64,000 bases of DNA from Candidatus Obscuribacterales bacterium. Lineage in GTDB: Bacteria > Cyanobacteriota > Vampirovibrionia > Obscuribacterales > Obscuribacteraceae. A model generated the notes under the pieces. That model was not told the DNA's origin. It worked only from the letters and a program-made list of their open reading frames with translations, and did not search any database. The stretch spans positions 736,001-800,000 of the forward strand of contig CBDDIJ010000003.1 of assembly GCA_965228855.1 (NCBI GenBank), read 5' to 3'. The position numbers were made by a program, and so were the translations under genes. Shown piece after piece: positions 37,701-48,000 of the stretch. The stretch's first letter is position 1, and each line of letters begins with the position of its first letter.

Positions 37701-39290
37701 CTAGCTCTTTACGTGAGTCGATAACTCGATTTGTTTTGCTGCCGATTTGCCATTGGCTAAAGCAGAATTGTCTTCCGAATGATTTTGATTTACCGTGGTG
37801 CCATCCTTAACATCAACGCTGACAACCACTGACATGCCAGGTACCAGGAGGTTTTCGAAGCCTTTTGTGCTGTTTCTGTCGAACCTTATCTTTACAGGAA
37901 CACGCTGAACAATTTTAGTGAAATTGCCGGTTGCGTTATCTGGCGGCAACAATGCAAAGCTCGCGCCACTACCAGGAGAGACACTATCAACGGTGCCGGC
38001 AAATTCATGATTCGGAAAGGAGTCGACTTTGATTTCGACCTTTTGATTCGGTCGCATGCGCTCCAGTTGTGTTTCTTTGAAGTTAGCGACCACCCAGATA
38101 TCGTCCGCGACGATAGTCATCAATTGTTGTCCAGGTTGGACGCGTTGTCCGGCTTCAACGGTTTTCTTGCCGATACGACCATCGACGGGCGAAACTATTT
38201 TTGTATAGGACAATTGCAGTTGCGCGTCTTTTAAAGCAGCTTCGGCCTGATGGATAGAGGCTTGAGCGACGCTGAATTGTTTTTCGTTGACGGTCGTTTG
38301 AACGTGCGTTGCTTGAGCTTGTTCCACCAGTCCGTGTGATTGCGTAACTTGAGCACGGGCCGCTTTCACTGCTTGCTGCGCTTGTTGAAGTTTAAAACTG
38401 GTTTGTTTCAAGGCTTCGGCAGCCGCTTCTCGCGAGCTTTTCGCAACTTCGAAATCGCGAATCGCCGTATCTCGTTGTTGATAGGAAACTGCGCCCTGGC
38501 TTGCAAGAGTTACAAAACGTTTTCCGTCAGCCTTTGCGCGCGTCTCTTCCGCTTCTTTTGCTCGCAATTCAGCTTCTGCTTTTGGCACGGCAGCCTGAGC
38601 TTCGAGGAGCATCGCTTCGCTTCGTTTCAGTTCCGCTTGCGCGTCGACTACGCCGGCTTCGGCTTCGGTGCTTTTGCCTGTGGCAGTTGTTGCTGCCAGG
38701 GTAATGTTTGTCTTTGCCGCTTCCGCTTGATGTTGAGCTAGTTCTAGTGCTGCTTTCGCTTGCGCGACCTTAACTTCGTAATCGTTAGGATCGAGTATGG
38801 CAAGCACCTGTCCTTTCTTAACGTGTTGGTTATCATCAACGAGAACGTTTTCCACTGTGTCGTTGATCCGGCTGCTCACCTGGTGCTGGTGACCGGTGGT
38901 GTACGCGTCGTCGGTTTCCTGATGTGAAATGAAATTTTGGAAAGCGTGATAACCGGCTACGCCACCTAGTGATAGTAGACCTAACACAAGCGAGGTCAGT
39001 AGAACTTTTTTGAAGAGGTGCCGCCGTACGTGCTTGACGGGCAAATCCGTCGATTGGTCGGCGTCAAGGTTGCCGGGGTGGAAATCGACAGGGATTTGAG
39101 ACTCAAGTGGTTCAGTGTCGGTTCGGTCAATGGTAGCGGGAAAAGCCATATTTATGTTTTCCAGCTTGGGATCGGAGAAAGTCTCTTGGGGTGTGGCTTT
39201 CGGCGTGAAGGTATTTAGCGAAGCGGCAGCTGACCCGCTGGCATTGGCGGTCCCTGCGTCGCTGATGGTTAATGTTGTAGAGCCGTACAT
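37701..39290 (-). CDS. emrA: EmrA/HlyD family periplasmic adaptor
   Basis: ETDDAY, VVANFKETQL, LLPPDNATGNFTKIVQRVPVKI. Confidence 0.93.
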   Translation of the reverse strand: MYGSTTLTISDAGTANASGSAAASLNTFTPKATPQETFSDPKLENINMAFPATIDRTDTEPLESQIPVDFHPGNLDADQSTDLPVKHVRRHLFKKVLLTSLVLGLLSLGGVAGYHAFQNFISHQETDDAYTTGHQHQVSSRINDTVENVLVDDNQHVKKGQVLAILDPNDYEVKVAQAKAALELAQHQAEAAKTNITLAATTATGKSTEAEAGVVDAQAELKRSEAMLLEAQAAVPKAEAELRAKEAEETRAKADGKRFVTLASQGAVSYQQRDTAIRDFEVAKSSREAAAEALKQTSFKLQQAQQAVKAARAQVTQSHGLVEQAQATHVQTTVNEKQFSVAQASIHQAEAALKDAQLQLSYTKIVSPVDGRIGKKTVEAGQRVQPGQQLMTIVADDIWVVANFKETQLERMRPNQKVEIKVDSFPNHEFAGTVDSVSPGSGASFALLPPDNATGNFTKIVQRVPVKIRFDRNSTKGFENLLVPGMSVVVSVDVKDGTTVNQNHSEDNSALANGKSAAKQIELSTHVKS

Positions 39291-39307
39291 TGTGTTTTCC
39301 TTTTGGA

Positions 39308-39437
39308 TAACTAACTATCCAGTTAGTTAATAGCATAGATCCGAAACCACATAACTGTCAAGTTATCCTTAATCCTTTATATAGATGGCGTTCAGCACTT
39401 GGGCAAACCGACGATTTCGGTGTTAAACTAAATAGTT
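39308..39437. promoter_or_regulatory. Three AACT-N4-AGTT operator-like palindromes for the divergent TetR
   Basis: TAACTAACT-ATCC-AGTTAGTTA (39308-39329), ATAACT-GTCA-AGTTAT (39351-39366), AACT-AAAT-AGTT (39426-39437). Confidence 0.7.
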
Positions 39438-39452
39438 AGTAAGGAGAAAGCC

Positions 39453-40103
39453 GTGGCGAATTCACCAACTAGCCGGAAGAAAAAGGAAGCGGCGGGCTCG
39501 CGAGACGCCGAGCTCACCAAAAGCAGAATTTTGGACGCCGCCGAGGATGAATTTGCCAGGGGCGGGTTGCTCGGTGCCCGCACTGAAGCCATCGCCGCCA
39601 ATACGAAAGTCACAAAGGCGATGATTTACTATTATTTCGAGGACAAAGAAAAGCTGTACCTGGCAGTTCTAGAGCGCGCATTCGCTCGGAGAGTGGCCGC
39701 TGTTCAGCAGCTCGACCTGGTCAGCACGCCTCCGGAAGAGGCTTTGCGGGCGATCGGGCAAAGTTTCATCTCTGAAGTTACCCGCCATCCCAACCTTTCG
39801 ACGATTCTGATATTCGAGGCAATTCAGAATAAGGGACGCTTCTATAAGGATATAGCGATCGCCACCCTTTACGCGCCTATGTCGCAGATTATCGAAAGGG
39901 GCGTCAAAGAGGGAGTGTTCAGAAAGGTTGACCCGCGCCACGCCGCGGTGAATATCATGGGTGCGTGCGTTTTCTACTTCTGTGCTCGAGAGAACGTAAA
40001 ACACCTCTGGGAGCCGGGGACTGATCTTCTGAGCCCCGAGATGGCATCGCAACATCTCGATGAAGCGATGGAATTTGTGATCGCTGGTTTGCGAGCGCGT
40101 TAA
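39453..40103 (+). CDS. TetR/AcrR family transcriptional regulator
   Basis: AAGGAG RBS with GTG start; ILDAAEDEFARGG...IAANTKVTKAMIYYYFEDKEKLY. Confidence 0.95.
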   Translation: MANSPTSRKKKEAAGSRDAELTKSRILDAAEDEFARGGLLGARTEAIAANTKVTKAMIYYYFEDKEKLYLAVLERAFARRVAAVQQLDLVSTPPEEALRAIGQSFISEVTRHPNLSTILIFEAIQNKGRFYKDIAIATLYAPMSQIIERGVKEGVFRKVDPRHAAVNIMGACVFYFCARENVKHLWEPGTDLLSPEMASQHLDEAMEFVIAGLRAR

Positions 40104-40209
40104 AGGGTGCCTCATCAATTGCCGACATGATTTGGAGCGACTTGCTCCGAACTGATTGGTTTCGAGTTAGACTAGGCATATTGAATCCGCCGCCGAGGCT
40201 CGTGTAATC

Positions 40210-41919
40210 ATGTCCACCGATATCGACTCAATCGCGTTTCCAACTCTGACTCAGCAGGAGATAAACATCCTCTCGAAGATCGCCCAGTGTACGGAATTTG
40301 CAGACGGCGAATATGTTTTTCGCGCAGGGGAATCGCAGGCAGACTTGTTTGTGGTGCGTGAAGGTGCGATCGAAATCATCAATCCTCACGAAAATGACAA
40401 AACGGTGGTTGTTCACGGTGTTGGCAATTTCACTGGCGATATCGATATCTTGACCGGTCGTCCTGTTCTTGTAGACGGCATTGCCCGTGGTGTCACTCGA
40501 TGCTGCCGAATTCCTTCGTCCAAACTGCAGGAGGTTTTGACAAAGGTTCCCCGGCTATCTGAAAAACTTCTTGTTGCCTTTCAGCAGCGTCGGCAACTAC
40601 TGACTGAATTCGGCAAACTCGGACTGTCAGTCGTTGGTTATGCGCGATGCCACCATACAACCGTTATTCGTGAGTTTCTACACCGCAACTTTGTCCCGCA
40701 TCATTTTCTTGATGTCGAAACCATGGATGAGGATGAACTGCGTTCCCTCAACTGTGGAGAAACCTTTCCAGTTGTTCGCTGTCTCAACAAATCCGATTTG
40801 GTTCAACCCACTCCTCGTGATGTTGCTGAAGCTGCCGGTATCTGGCGGCATTGTCCATCTCAGAAAGTCGATGTCGCGATTGTCGGAGCTGGTCCAGCAG
40901 GTATAGCCGCTGCTGTTTACTCTGCCTCTGAAGGACTTTCTACGGTTGTCCTCGATAGTATAGGACCTGGTGGACAGGCAGGCGCTTCTTCAAAGATCGA
41001 AAATTTCATCGGCTTTCCATCTGGTCTGAGTGGAACGGATCTGGCTACCCGTGGCATTCTGCAAATGCTGAAGTTCGGCGCGAAAATGGTTGCACCGGTG
41101 GTAGTGACAAAGTTGGAACCGCCCAGCAAGGGGAATTGTTATCACTCATTGCACCTCGATTGTGGTGCGATCATCAAAGCTCGTGTAGTTCTCGTTGCCA
41201 CGGGAGTGAAGTGGCGAAAGTTGGAAGCGAAGAACGCTGATGTTTTCGAGCGGGCCGGCGTCTACTACGCCTGTACAGCCGTCGAGGCGCTGCTTCACGA
41301 CGGGGAAGACGTCGTTGTTGTCGGCGCCGGTAACTCGGCGGGACAAGCGGCCATGTATCTCTCTGAGTGTTGCCCGACGCGAACTGTACATATGGTTGTG
41401 CGCAATCAGTTTGGTCCATCGATGTCCGAGTATCTCTGTGCTCGCATTCGGTCGAGCCACAATATTCGGGTTCACGAGGGAGCTAACGTCACCGAAATTC
41501 ATGGTAAGGATGGACTCATAGAGCGCGTCACCATAGTTGAGAAGGATGGATCAAGCAAGGACCGACCGGCTGCGGCTGTTTTCGTGTTCATTGGTTCTGA
41601 GCCTTGCACGAGTTGGCTTCCCGCAGAGATGGCAAAGGACGAAAAAGGTTTTGTCCTCACCGGATTGCAGGTTATAAACGCCAACAAATGGCCGCTGACG
41701 TCACGCGAACCGTGCCCGTTAGAAACATCAGTGCCGGGCATCATTGCCGCGGGCGACGTGCGAAGCGGCTCTACAAAGCGTGTCGGTTTTGCCGTAGGTG
41801 ATGGCTCACAGGCGGTTTCATGCATCCACACTTTATTGACCTTGGCCGAGGATTGTGCGATGCCCATTCCGGATGAAGTCGTCGAAGCCATGAAGACGGT
41901 CAAGGAAGCAGCTGTTTAG
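40210..41919 (+). CDS. cNMP-binding-domain thioredoxin-reductase-like FAD oxidoreductase
   Basis: N-terminal CAP/cNMP-like domain (VFRAGE...LFVVREGAIEI...FTGD); GAGPAG, IENFIGFPSG, GAGNSAGQAA, AAGDVR. Confidence 0.9.
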   Translation: MSTDIDSIAFPTLTQQEINILSKIAQCTEFADGEYVFRAGESQADLFVVREGAIEIINPHENDKTVVVHGVGNFTGDIDILTGRPVLVDGIARGVTRCCRIPSSKLQEVLTKVPRLSEKLLVAFQQRRQLLTEFGKLGLSVVGYARCHHTTVIREFLHRNFVPHHFLDVETMDEDELRSLNCGETFPVVRCLNKSDLVQPTPRDVAEAAGIWRHCPSQKVDVAIVGAGPAGIAAAVYSASEGLSTVVLDSIGPGGQAGASSKIENFIGFPSGLSGTDLATRGILQMLKFGAKMVAPVVVTKLEPPSKGNCYHSLHLDCGAIIKARVVLVATGVKWRKLEAKNADVFERAGVYYACTAVEALLHDGEDVVVVGAGNSAGQAAMYLSECCPTRTVHMVVRNQFGPSMSEYLCARIRSSHNIRVHEGANVTEIHGKDGLIERVTIVEKDGSSKDRPAAAVFVFIGSEPCTSWLPAEMAKDEKGFVLTGLQVINANKWPLTSREPCPLETSVPGIIAAGDVRSGSTKRVGFAVGDGSQAVSCIHTLLTLAEDCAMPIPDEVVEAMKTVKEAAV

Positions 41920-41934
41920 TCGCAGAAAGAAAAA

Positions 41935-41964
41935 AACGCGCCCCCGGAAAGAGGCGCGTTGTTT
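41935..41964. terminator. Bidirectional intrinsic terminator
   Basis: AACGCGCC-CCCGGAAAGA-GGCGCGTT flanked by an A run and GTTT, between convergent genes. Confidence 0.65.
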
Positions 41965-41970
41965 AATCAA

Positions 41971-42035
41971 TCAGAGCGTTCCATTCGTTTAGAACTCTCC
42001 ATTCGTTCAGAGCGTTCCATTCATTCAGAACGTTC
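41971..42035. repeat. Degenerate 18-bp tandem repeat, ~3.6 copies
   Basis: TCAGAGCGTTCCATTCGT / TTAGAACTCTCCATTCGT / TCAGAGCGTTCCATTCAT / TCAGAACGTTC. Confidence 0.85.
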
Positions 42036-45000
42036 TACTTCACCATAGCGGTTCGTTGTGCTTTGAAGAATTGAACGAAATCACCTCTGTCTGGTGCAAT
42101 CGTGCTTAGCACTGCGGTGGTTTTGATTATGCGTTTCGCGATTGCATTTGCTTCACGGTGATTCGATGCCATCAAAGTCTTCAGCGGTTTCACTGCGTAG
42201 CACACTGACGGAATCGCAAATTCGGTTGTGAAAACCGAGGTATCATTTTGCTTCGCTTCCTTGATATTTCTGTACTGGACTAATTCGATCAAGTTTGCGT
42301 GTGCGAAACCATGTTGTGCGTTGTCGCTAACAAGAACGTGACGTCCTGGTGACAAACTTATGCGGTTGCCTCCAGTGTTGATCACCACTGCGTTCTTGCT
42401 CTGGTCGTGTAGGTCATAAACGGACAAAGCGTTCTTTGTTTGCATTATGAGAGCAATGGCGCCAGCTGCGAGTTCGACACTTCCATGTGTGGTTTCAACG
42501 ATGGTATCCGCTTGTGGTGCGAACAGGACGTTGCCGTTAGAGAGAACGTGACGTTCTGCAGCCTTTTGTTTTGAACCACCCGCAGTGGCGATGGTATTCA
42601 TCTTCACGCCGTTGTGGTCTTCGCGTTGCAGCAGTTGACCACCATTGGTATGAATCAGTGCGTCTATTATAAGATTGCCCGAGTCGCTCGTTGCGGTCTC
42701 TTGGACTGCTTCTTCGGCGTCTGTAATTCCTCCAGCACTAAATGAGCTTCCGGTGTAGGTACTTGCGTTGCTGTTTTGCAGATTATTTTCAGCATCGCCG
42801 ATGGTACCAAGTGCGCGGCCGGTTTTTGAGTCGGTGATTCCGTTTGTTGTTTCATTCAACGCCTGAGCATCGACAGTCGCAATGTTGATGAGCGTATTGC
42901 GATTGTTAAATGCTGCTGAAGTTGTAGATGACGCCGTCAGAGTATTTGAAGTTGCGAGCAGATCCACCGAGCTCAACTCAGATAGTTGCGTGCTCATCGA
43001 ACCGGTCAGAATCTCTGATACAGCCGTTTCTACTGATGCTCCGGAGCCTGCGCCGAATACCGCGCCACGAGACATAGCCGCGCTCTTCACCGGTGGGTCT
43101 GCTTTGACGAGGGAGCCACTTCCGAGTGTGATCAACTTACCGTTTGTTGAGAGGTTATTGAATATCACGTTCTTATTCATCGCTACCACTGTGGCGGTAG
43201 GGGTCGGAGCTACGACTCCACCGGGACCGAAGTAGACTTTTCCTTTGCCGATTTCGGAGATCGTGATGTTCGGCGGCGTTGTTGAGAGAGTGCCTTTCTT
43301 TGGAGGCTGACCAATGGCAACCACTACTTGACCGCCCTTGCCAGCCGTTTGAACGGAAGCGCCCGTTTGAATGTCGATGTCCCCATTCACCGTATCCAGG
43401 GCCGCCAGAGTCAAGGCTCCATTGTTCGCCTGAACGTTGAGACCGGCATTGATGCGAAGGGTACCCGTGTCTGCAATTAGCGAGATATCTCCCGAAGAGG
43501 TAATCAAATCTGTGAGAACGGTCATGCCGCCGCTTGTGCTCTCAACGCTCAAGTCTCCGCCTACACCGTTCGATGATACTGTGATGGCACCAGTCACGAG
43601 ATCTTGGACATTTACATTTCCAGTGCTGCTGTTCAGGAAGAGGTTTTGTGCCGAAACCAACAACGGCTTCTTGCCGACGTTGCCAGCGTCGGTCGTCATT
43701 GTGAGTGCGTTGCCGACGCTGATCACTACACCCTTGCCCTGCGTAATTGAACCTTTAGCGCCTGCCGTCAGCGATACGTTTCCGGATGCAATCGCATTCG
43801 ACGCGCTCACGGTAATGCCACCTGCGTTGTTCACCACTATCACGTTTCCATTCGTAGTGCCAGCGCTGAGATTACCCATGACGCCATTCTTCGGTGTCTT
43901 CGTTCCGCCGATGGTGAATGCCTTCTTGCTGTCTGAGCGCAAAGTGATGGCGCCCGCGGTGCCAATTCCGTTTCCATTGGCACTCAGGTTGCCCAGCACG
44001 ATAAGGTTGCCTGTCTTGCCGTCCGGATTGTCAGCTTCGAAGGCCATGAATCCGCCATTGCCGTTCGCGCCTCGAGGTCCAACCTGGACAGCTGTTGGAT
44101 CTACAGTCAGGTTGCCGCCGGTCAGAACGTTTAGATTACCGCCGTTGCCTCCAGTGACTCCGCCGCGAGCATCGAATGTCACGTAGTTAACTGGCGCTTT
44201 AGGTTCCTTCGCCGGATTGCTTCCCACATAAGTAGTTGTCGTGTCGTTCGTTATGTAAGTAATGCTGCCACCGTTGCCGGTGCCACTGCCCATAGCGCTC
44301 AACGCGAGCGGAGAAGATGGTGTACTTCCCGCGAATATCGAGCTTGCGATCAGTGATATTCCACCACCATCGCCGGCTGCGCCGGTACCGTTAATCTGAC
44401 TGAGGAATGCCTGGTTGTTCAGATCAATATATGCACCGTTAGCATTGAGGGAAATTACTGCTCCGCGTCCGTTAGAACCAGCAGCGTTTATACCTCCGCT
44501 GGCGTTGAGTATGTAATCCGTCTCCACACTGATTGTGCCACCGGAATTAGTGCCGGTAGCATTCAGTATCAGGAATGCGCCGAGATTGACTGTATCAGTT
44601 GTGGTGAATGAGATTTGTCCACCGTCTCCACCAACATTGCTGTTCGCATTTAGCGTAAGAGCCTGGTTGCCCGATACGACGTAATTGAGGATATCTATGG
44701 TGATAGAACCGCCGTCGTTGCCGGAATCCGGTGTTGCTGTGATGTTGTTTACACCGGTGAGGGTCAAGAATCCGGTTTTGTCCGTGTCGATTGTGATTGA
44801 GTTTGCGCTGAGTGCACCATTCACATTGACCGGACCTAAACCTTCAATCGCGATATTGGCTCCCGCCGTGATCGCTCCCACCGTGATGGTTCCAGCGGCT
44901 TTGACCCCGGTCGGCGTGAGCCCTGCGCTCACGGAGCCGGAGTCAATCACAGGAGTTCCAATAATTTGAACTTCGGATATACTTGCAGTCACGTTGCCGG

Positions 45001-48000
45001 AACCCGCGGCACCGCCTGCGTTTATATTGCCGACGCTGACTCCGTTGCCGCCATATAGAGACACATCACCGCCAACTCCCGTGCTGGCCGCCGCGAAAAT
45101 CGGACCCAGCGATACTGCTCCCAGATGGGCTATAGCCGTGACAGACCCGGCATTGCCACCGGCAAAACTGCTGGTCGAGTCTATTGTGCCGGTGCCGGTG
45201 ATACTGCCGCCGGCTGGATTGAAGCCGGTAATATCGTAAGGCGTTTGAGATGTCGTCTGACCGCCAGTATTCGGGCTGAAAGTGAATCCTGCTAGCATCG
45301 TTATATCGCCACCGCTGGTAGTGCTACTGGCTGTGGTGATGTTGAAGTTTCCGAGGTTGACGTTGCCGAATGCAGCAATTACGACATCTCGTCCGCTGTA
45401 TGTCACAGGTGAGAGAAGGGTTACGTCTCCAGTCGGGTTTATGATCGAAACACCGGAGAAGATGAGATTGCTAGCCACGATGTTGCCGCCACCGGTTTGG
45501 ACCCAGTTTAGAGTTTTCATCGTTATATTGTTGTTGCCTGTATACAACGAGCCTGGATTCGAAGTAGTTGTCCCTGAGGGGTTATTCAAGAATACGTCGC
45601 CCGTAAAGGTTAGGTTTCCAAACAAATTAAGGTTGGCACCAGGAGCGGTGCTAAATGTTATTGCCGCTGGCGAACTTGGATTTCCAGGTGTGCCGGCCGC
45701 CGGCGTGGTGCCTATCAGTTGCGCGCCTGCTCCGCCGTTGACGGTCAGATTGCCACTCAAATTCTCAATGGTTATACTCGCGGCGGTGATTGTGGAACCG
45801 GGATTGGTGACCGTCGGCGTATCTAAGAGAACAGTCCCGGTCGTGTTGAAGCCTGATTGGAACGTGATACCGGTCGCACTAGTGGTGCTGAGTGCAACAC
45901 TTTGATTCGCACCAATAGGCCCTAAGCTTAATGGGTTGGAACCGTTATTTAGGGATATCGTTCCCGAGCCAAATCCGGTAAGTGACATGATGTTATTGTT
46001 GGCTGCATCAAAGATGGCATCGCCACCATTGATGGTCAAGGTCAGTGAAGCGGCGGTATCAAGCTTGCTCGTTAAGTGCACGCCATTTCCTGCAGTCATC
46101 GAAACGTTAGAGCGCAGGCTATCGATGGAGTTTAGTTGTATCGCCCCACTGGCTGATGTCAGCGTAATTGCGCCACCATTGCCGGTGCCGTTCGGCTTCG
46201 CCATCACATCGTGCAGAGTGATACCGCTGCTACCCGAGACCGTGATCATTCCACCGTCATTGTTTGTTCCTGTAGAATTTGCTATGAGGTTGGCCTGCGC
46301 TCCGAGGACCGCGCCTCCCGCTGTTATCTGAATGGGACCTGCGTTGGTCGCTGATGTGTTCAGGTTCCCTGAGCTCAAATCAAGTTCGACGTTATTGCCT
46401 GCTACCAGGAAGACACTGCCAGAAGTGGCCAATACATTGCCACCGGATGTGGTGAGCGTGATGTTGCCGGTCCCAGCTGCTCCATTGTTGGCAAAGAGGC
46501 TTATGAATGTGCCCGTCATGCTGCTGGCGATGAACTCGATATCTCCTGCCGCAAACCCACTGCCGCCCGCATTTGCACTGGCGCTTAGACCCCCTGTCGC
46601 GGTTAGCTGACCACTGCCCGCATCCAGCAAGACATCACCTCCGGCGGCAGTTCCGCTGGCGTTTAACGCAGCACTAGTTGTAATACCACCTGTGCTTAAG
46701 TTTCGGATAGCTATGCTGCCTCCACCAGAAGCAGTCCCTTGACCGAGGACACTAATTGCAGGTGCTAGAAAACTAGTAGCAGAACGGACAGTTATATCGA
46801 CCGTGCCTCCGTCACCAGCGGTGTTTCCGCTGTCAGCGAAGATAGGGCCTATAGATACAGTTCCGCTGCCGGCGTCAATCAGGAGATGACCGCCGCTACC
46901 ATTTCCGGAGCCTGACAGACCGACAGAGCCCACCGAGAAGTTGCTGGTCACGCCGGACTTCAAGGTCACTGTCGGAGCGTTAAAGTTTGAGGGGGCCAAA
47001 CCGAGAACGCTGCTTATTTGCAAATCGCCATTTGTGCTGACATCGATGAAACCAGGTCCAGCCGCGACGGAGTTGAGGCTGACATTTCCACCCGCTAGCG
47101 ATCCTCCAGTGAATGTACCAGAGTAGGAGGCGTCTGATTTTAGGATTGCTCCTGCAGTTCCGACGACCGGTGTGGCTGCATTCACTGTTATCGCTGCACC
47201 GCTAGTCCCGGACCCGGCACTGCCAATCGCTCCCAGGAACGAAATCGCAGTTCCCGTGTTGTGATTTGCCAGGATTGAAATAGCTCCATGTGTCAGAGTT
47301 CCGGAAGCATTTATTGAACCGGAGTTGGATTGGATGCGTCCAGTGTTAGCTGCCGCGCCCTGAAATGCAAGAAGCGTGATATCGCCAGCGGTGCCGTTGA
47401 CTGCTGTGCTCGCTGATGTTATTTGTGAGAGCGCGCCGCCTCCTGTTGTGAAGTCAATTGAGCCGCCGGTCGAAGAAGCCCCATTGATGGTGACATCGGT
47501 GTCTGTTTCCGTGAAGGCTGCGCCAGCTGCCATCACTACATTTCCTCCCGGACCGCTTGCACTGCTGGCGTCTATCTGGAGATTGGGTAACGTGGTCGAA
47601 ATATTACCGCCCGATACAATAAGAATTCCACCGTCTGCTGTGACGTTGTTATTCAGCTGAATATCACTAGTTGATGTAAGCGTTACCGGATCGGCTGTGA
47701 TGGCTGCGTTGATAATTAGCGTTCCATTGGCGCTCATGCGCACATCTTTACCAAACTGCGAACTGTTTACTGTCAAGGTTGAGCCGCTTCGCAGAGTAGA
47801 TGTTTCAGTAAAGTTCCATCCGGTGTTTATGAGCATCGCACCTGTTGATGCCAGGTCTACCGTAGCAGTGCCAGCAGCTCCGTTAACCTGAATACTGAAT
47901 TCTCCGGGGTTGCTGCCAACAGTCAATGGACCGGCGTTATTGTGGACAATTACCGTGCCACCGCTTCCTGAACCAGTCCCATTTGCTTGAAGTGATATAT

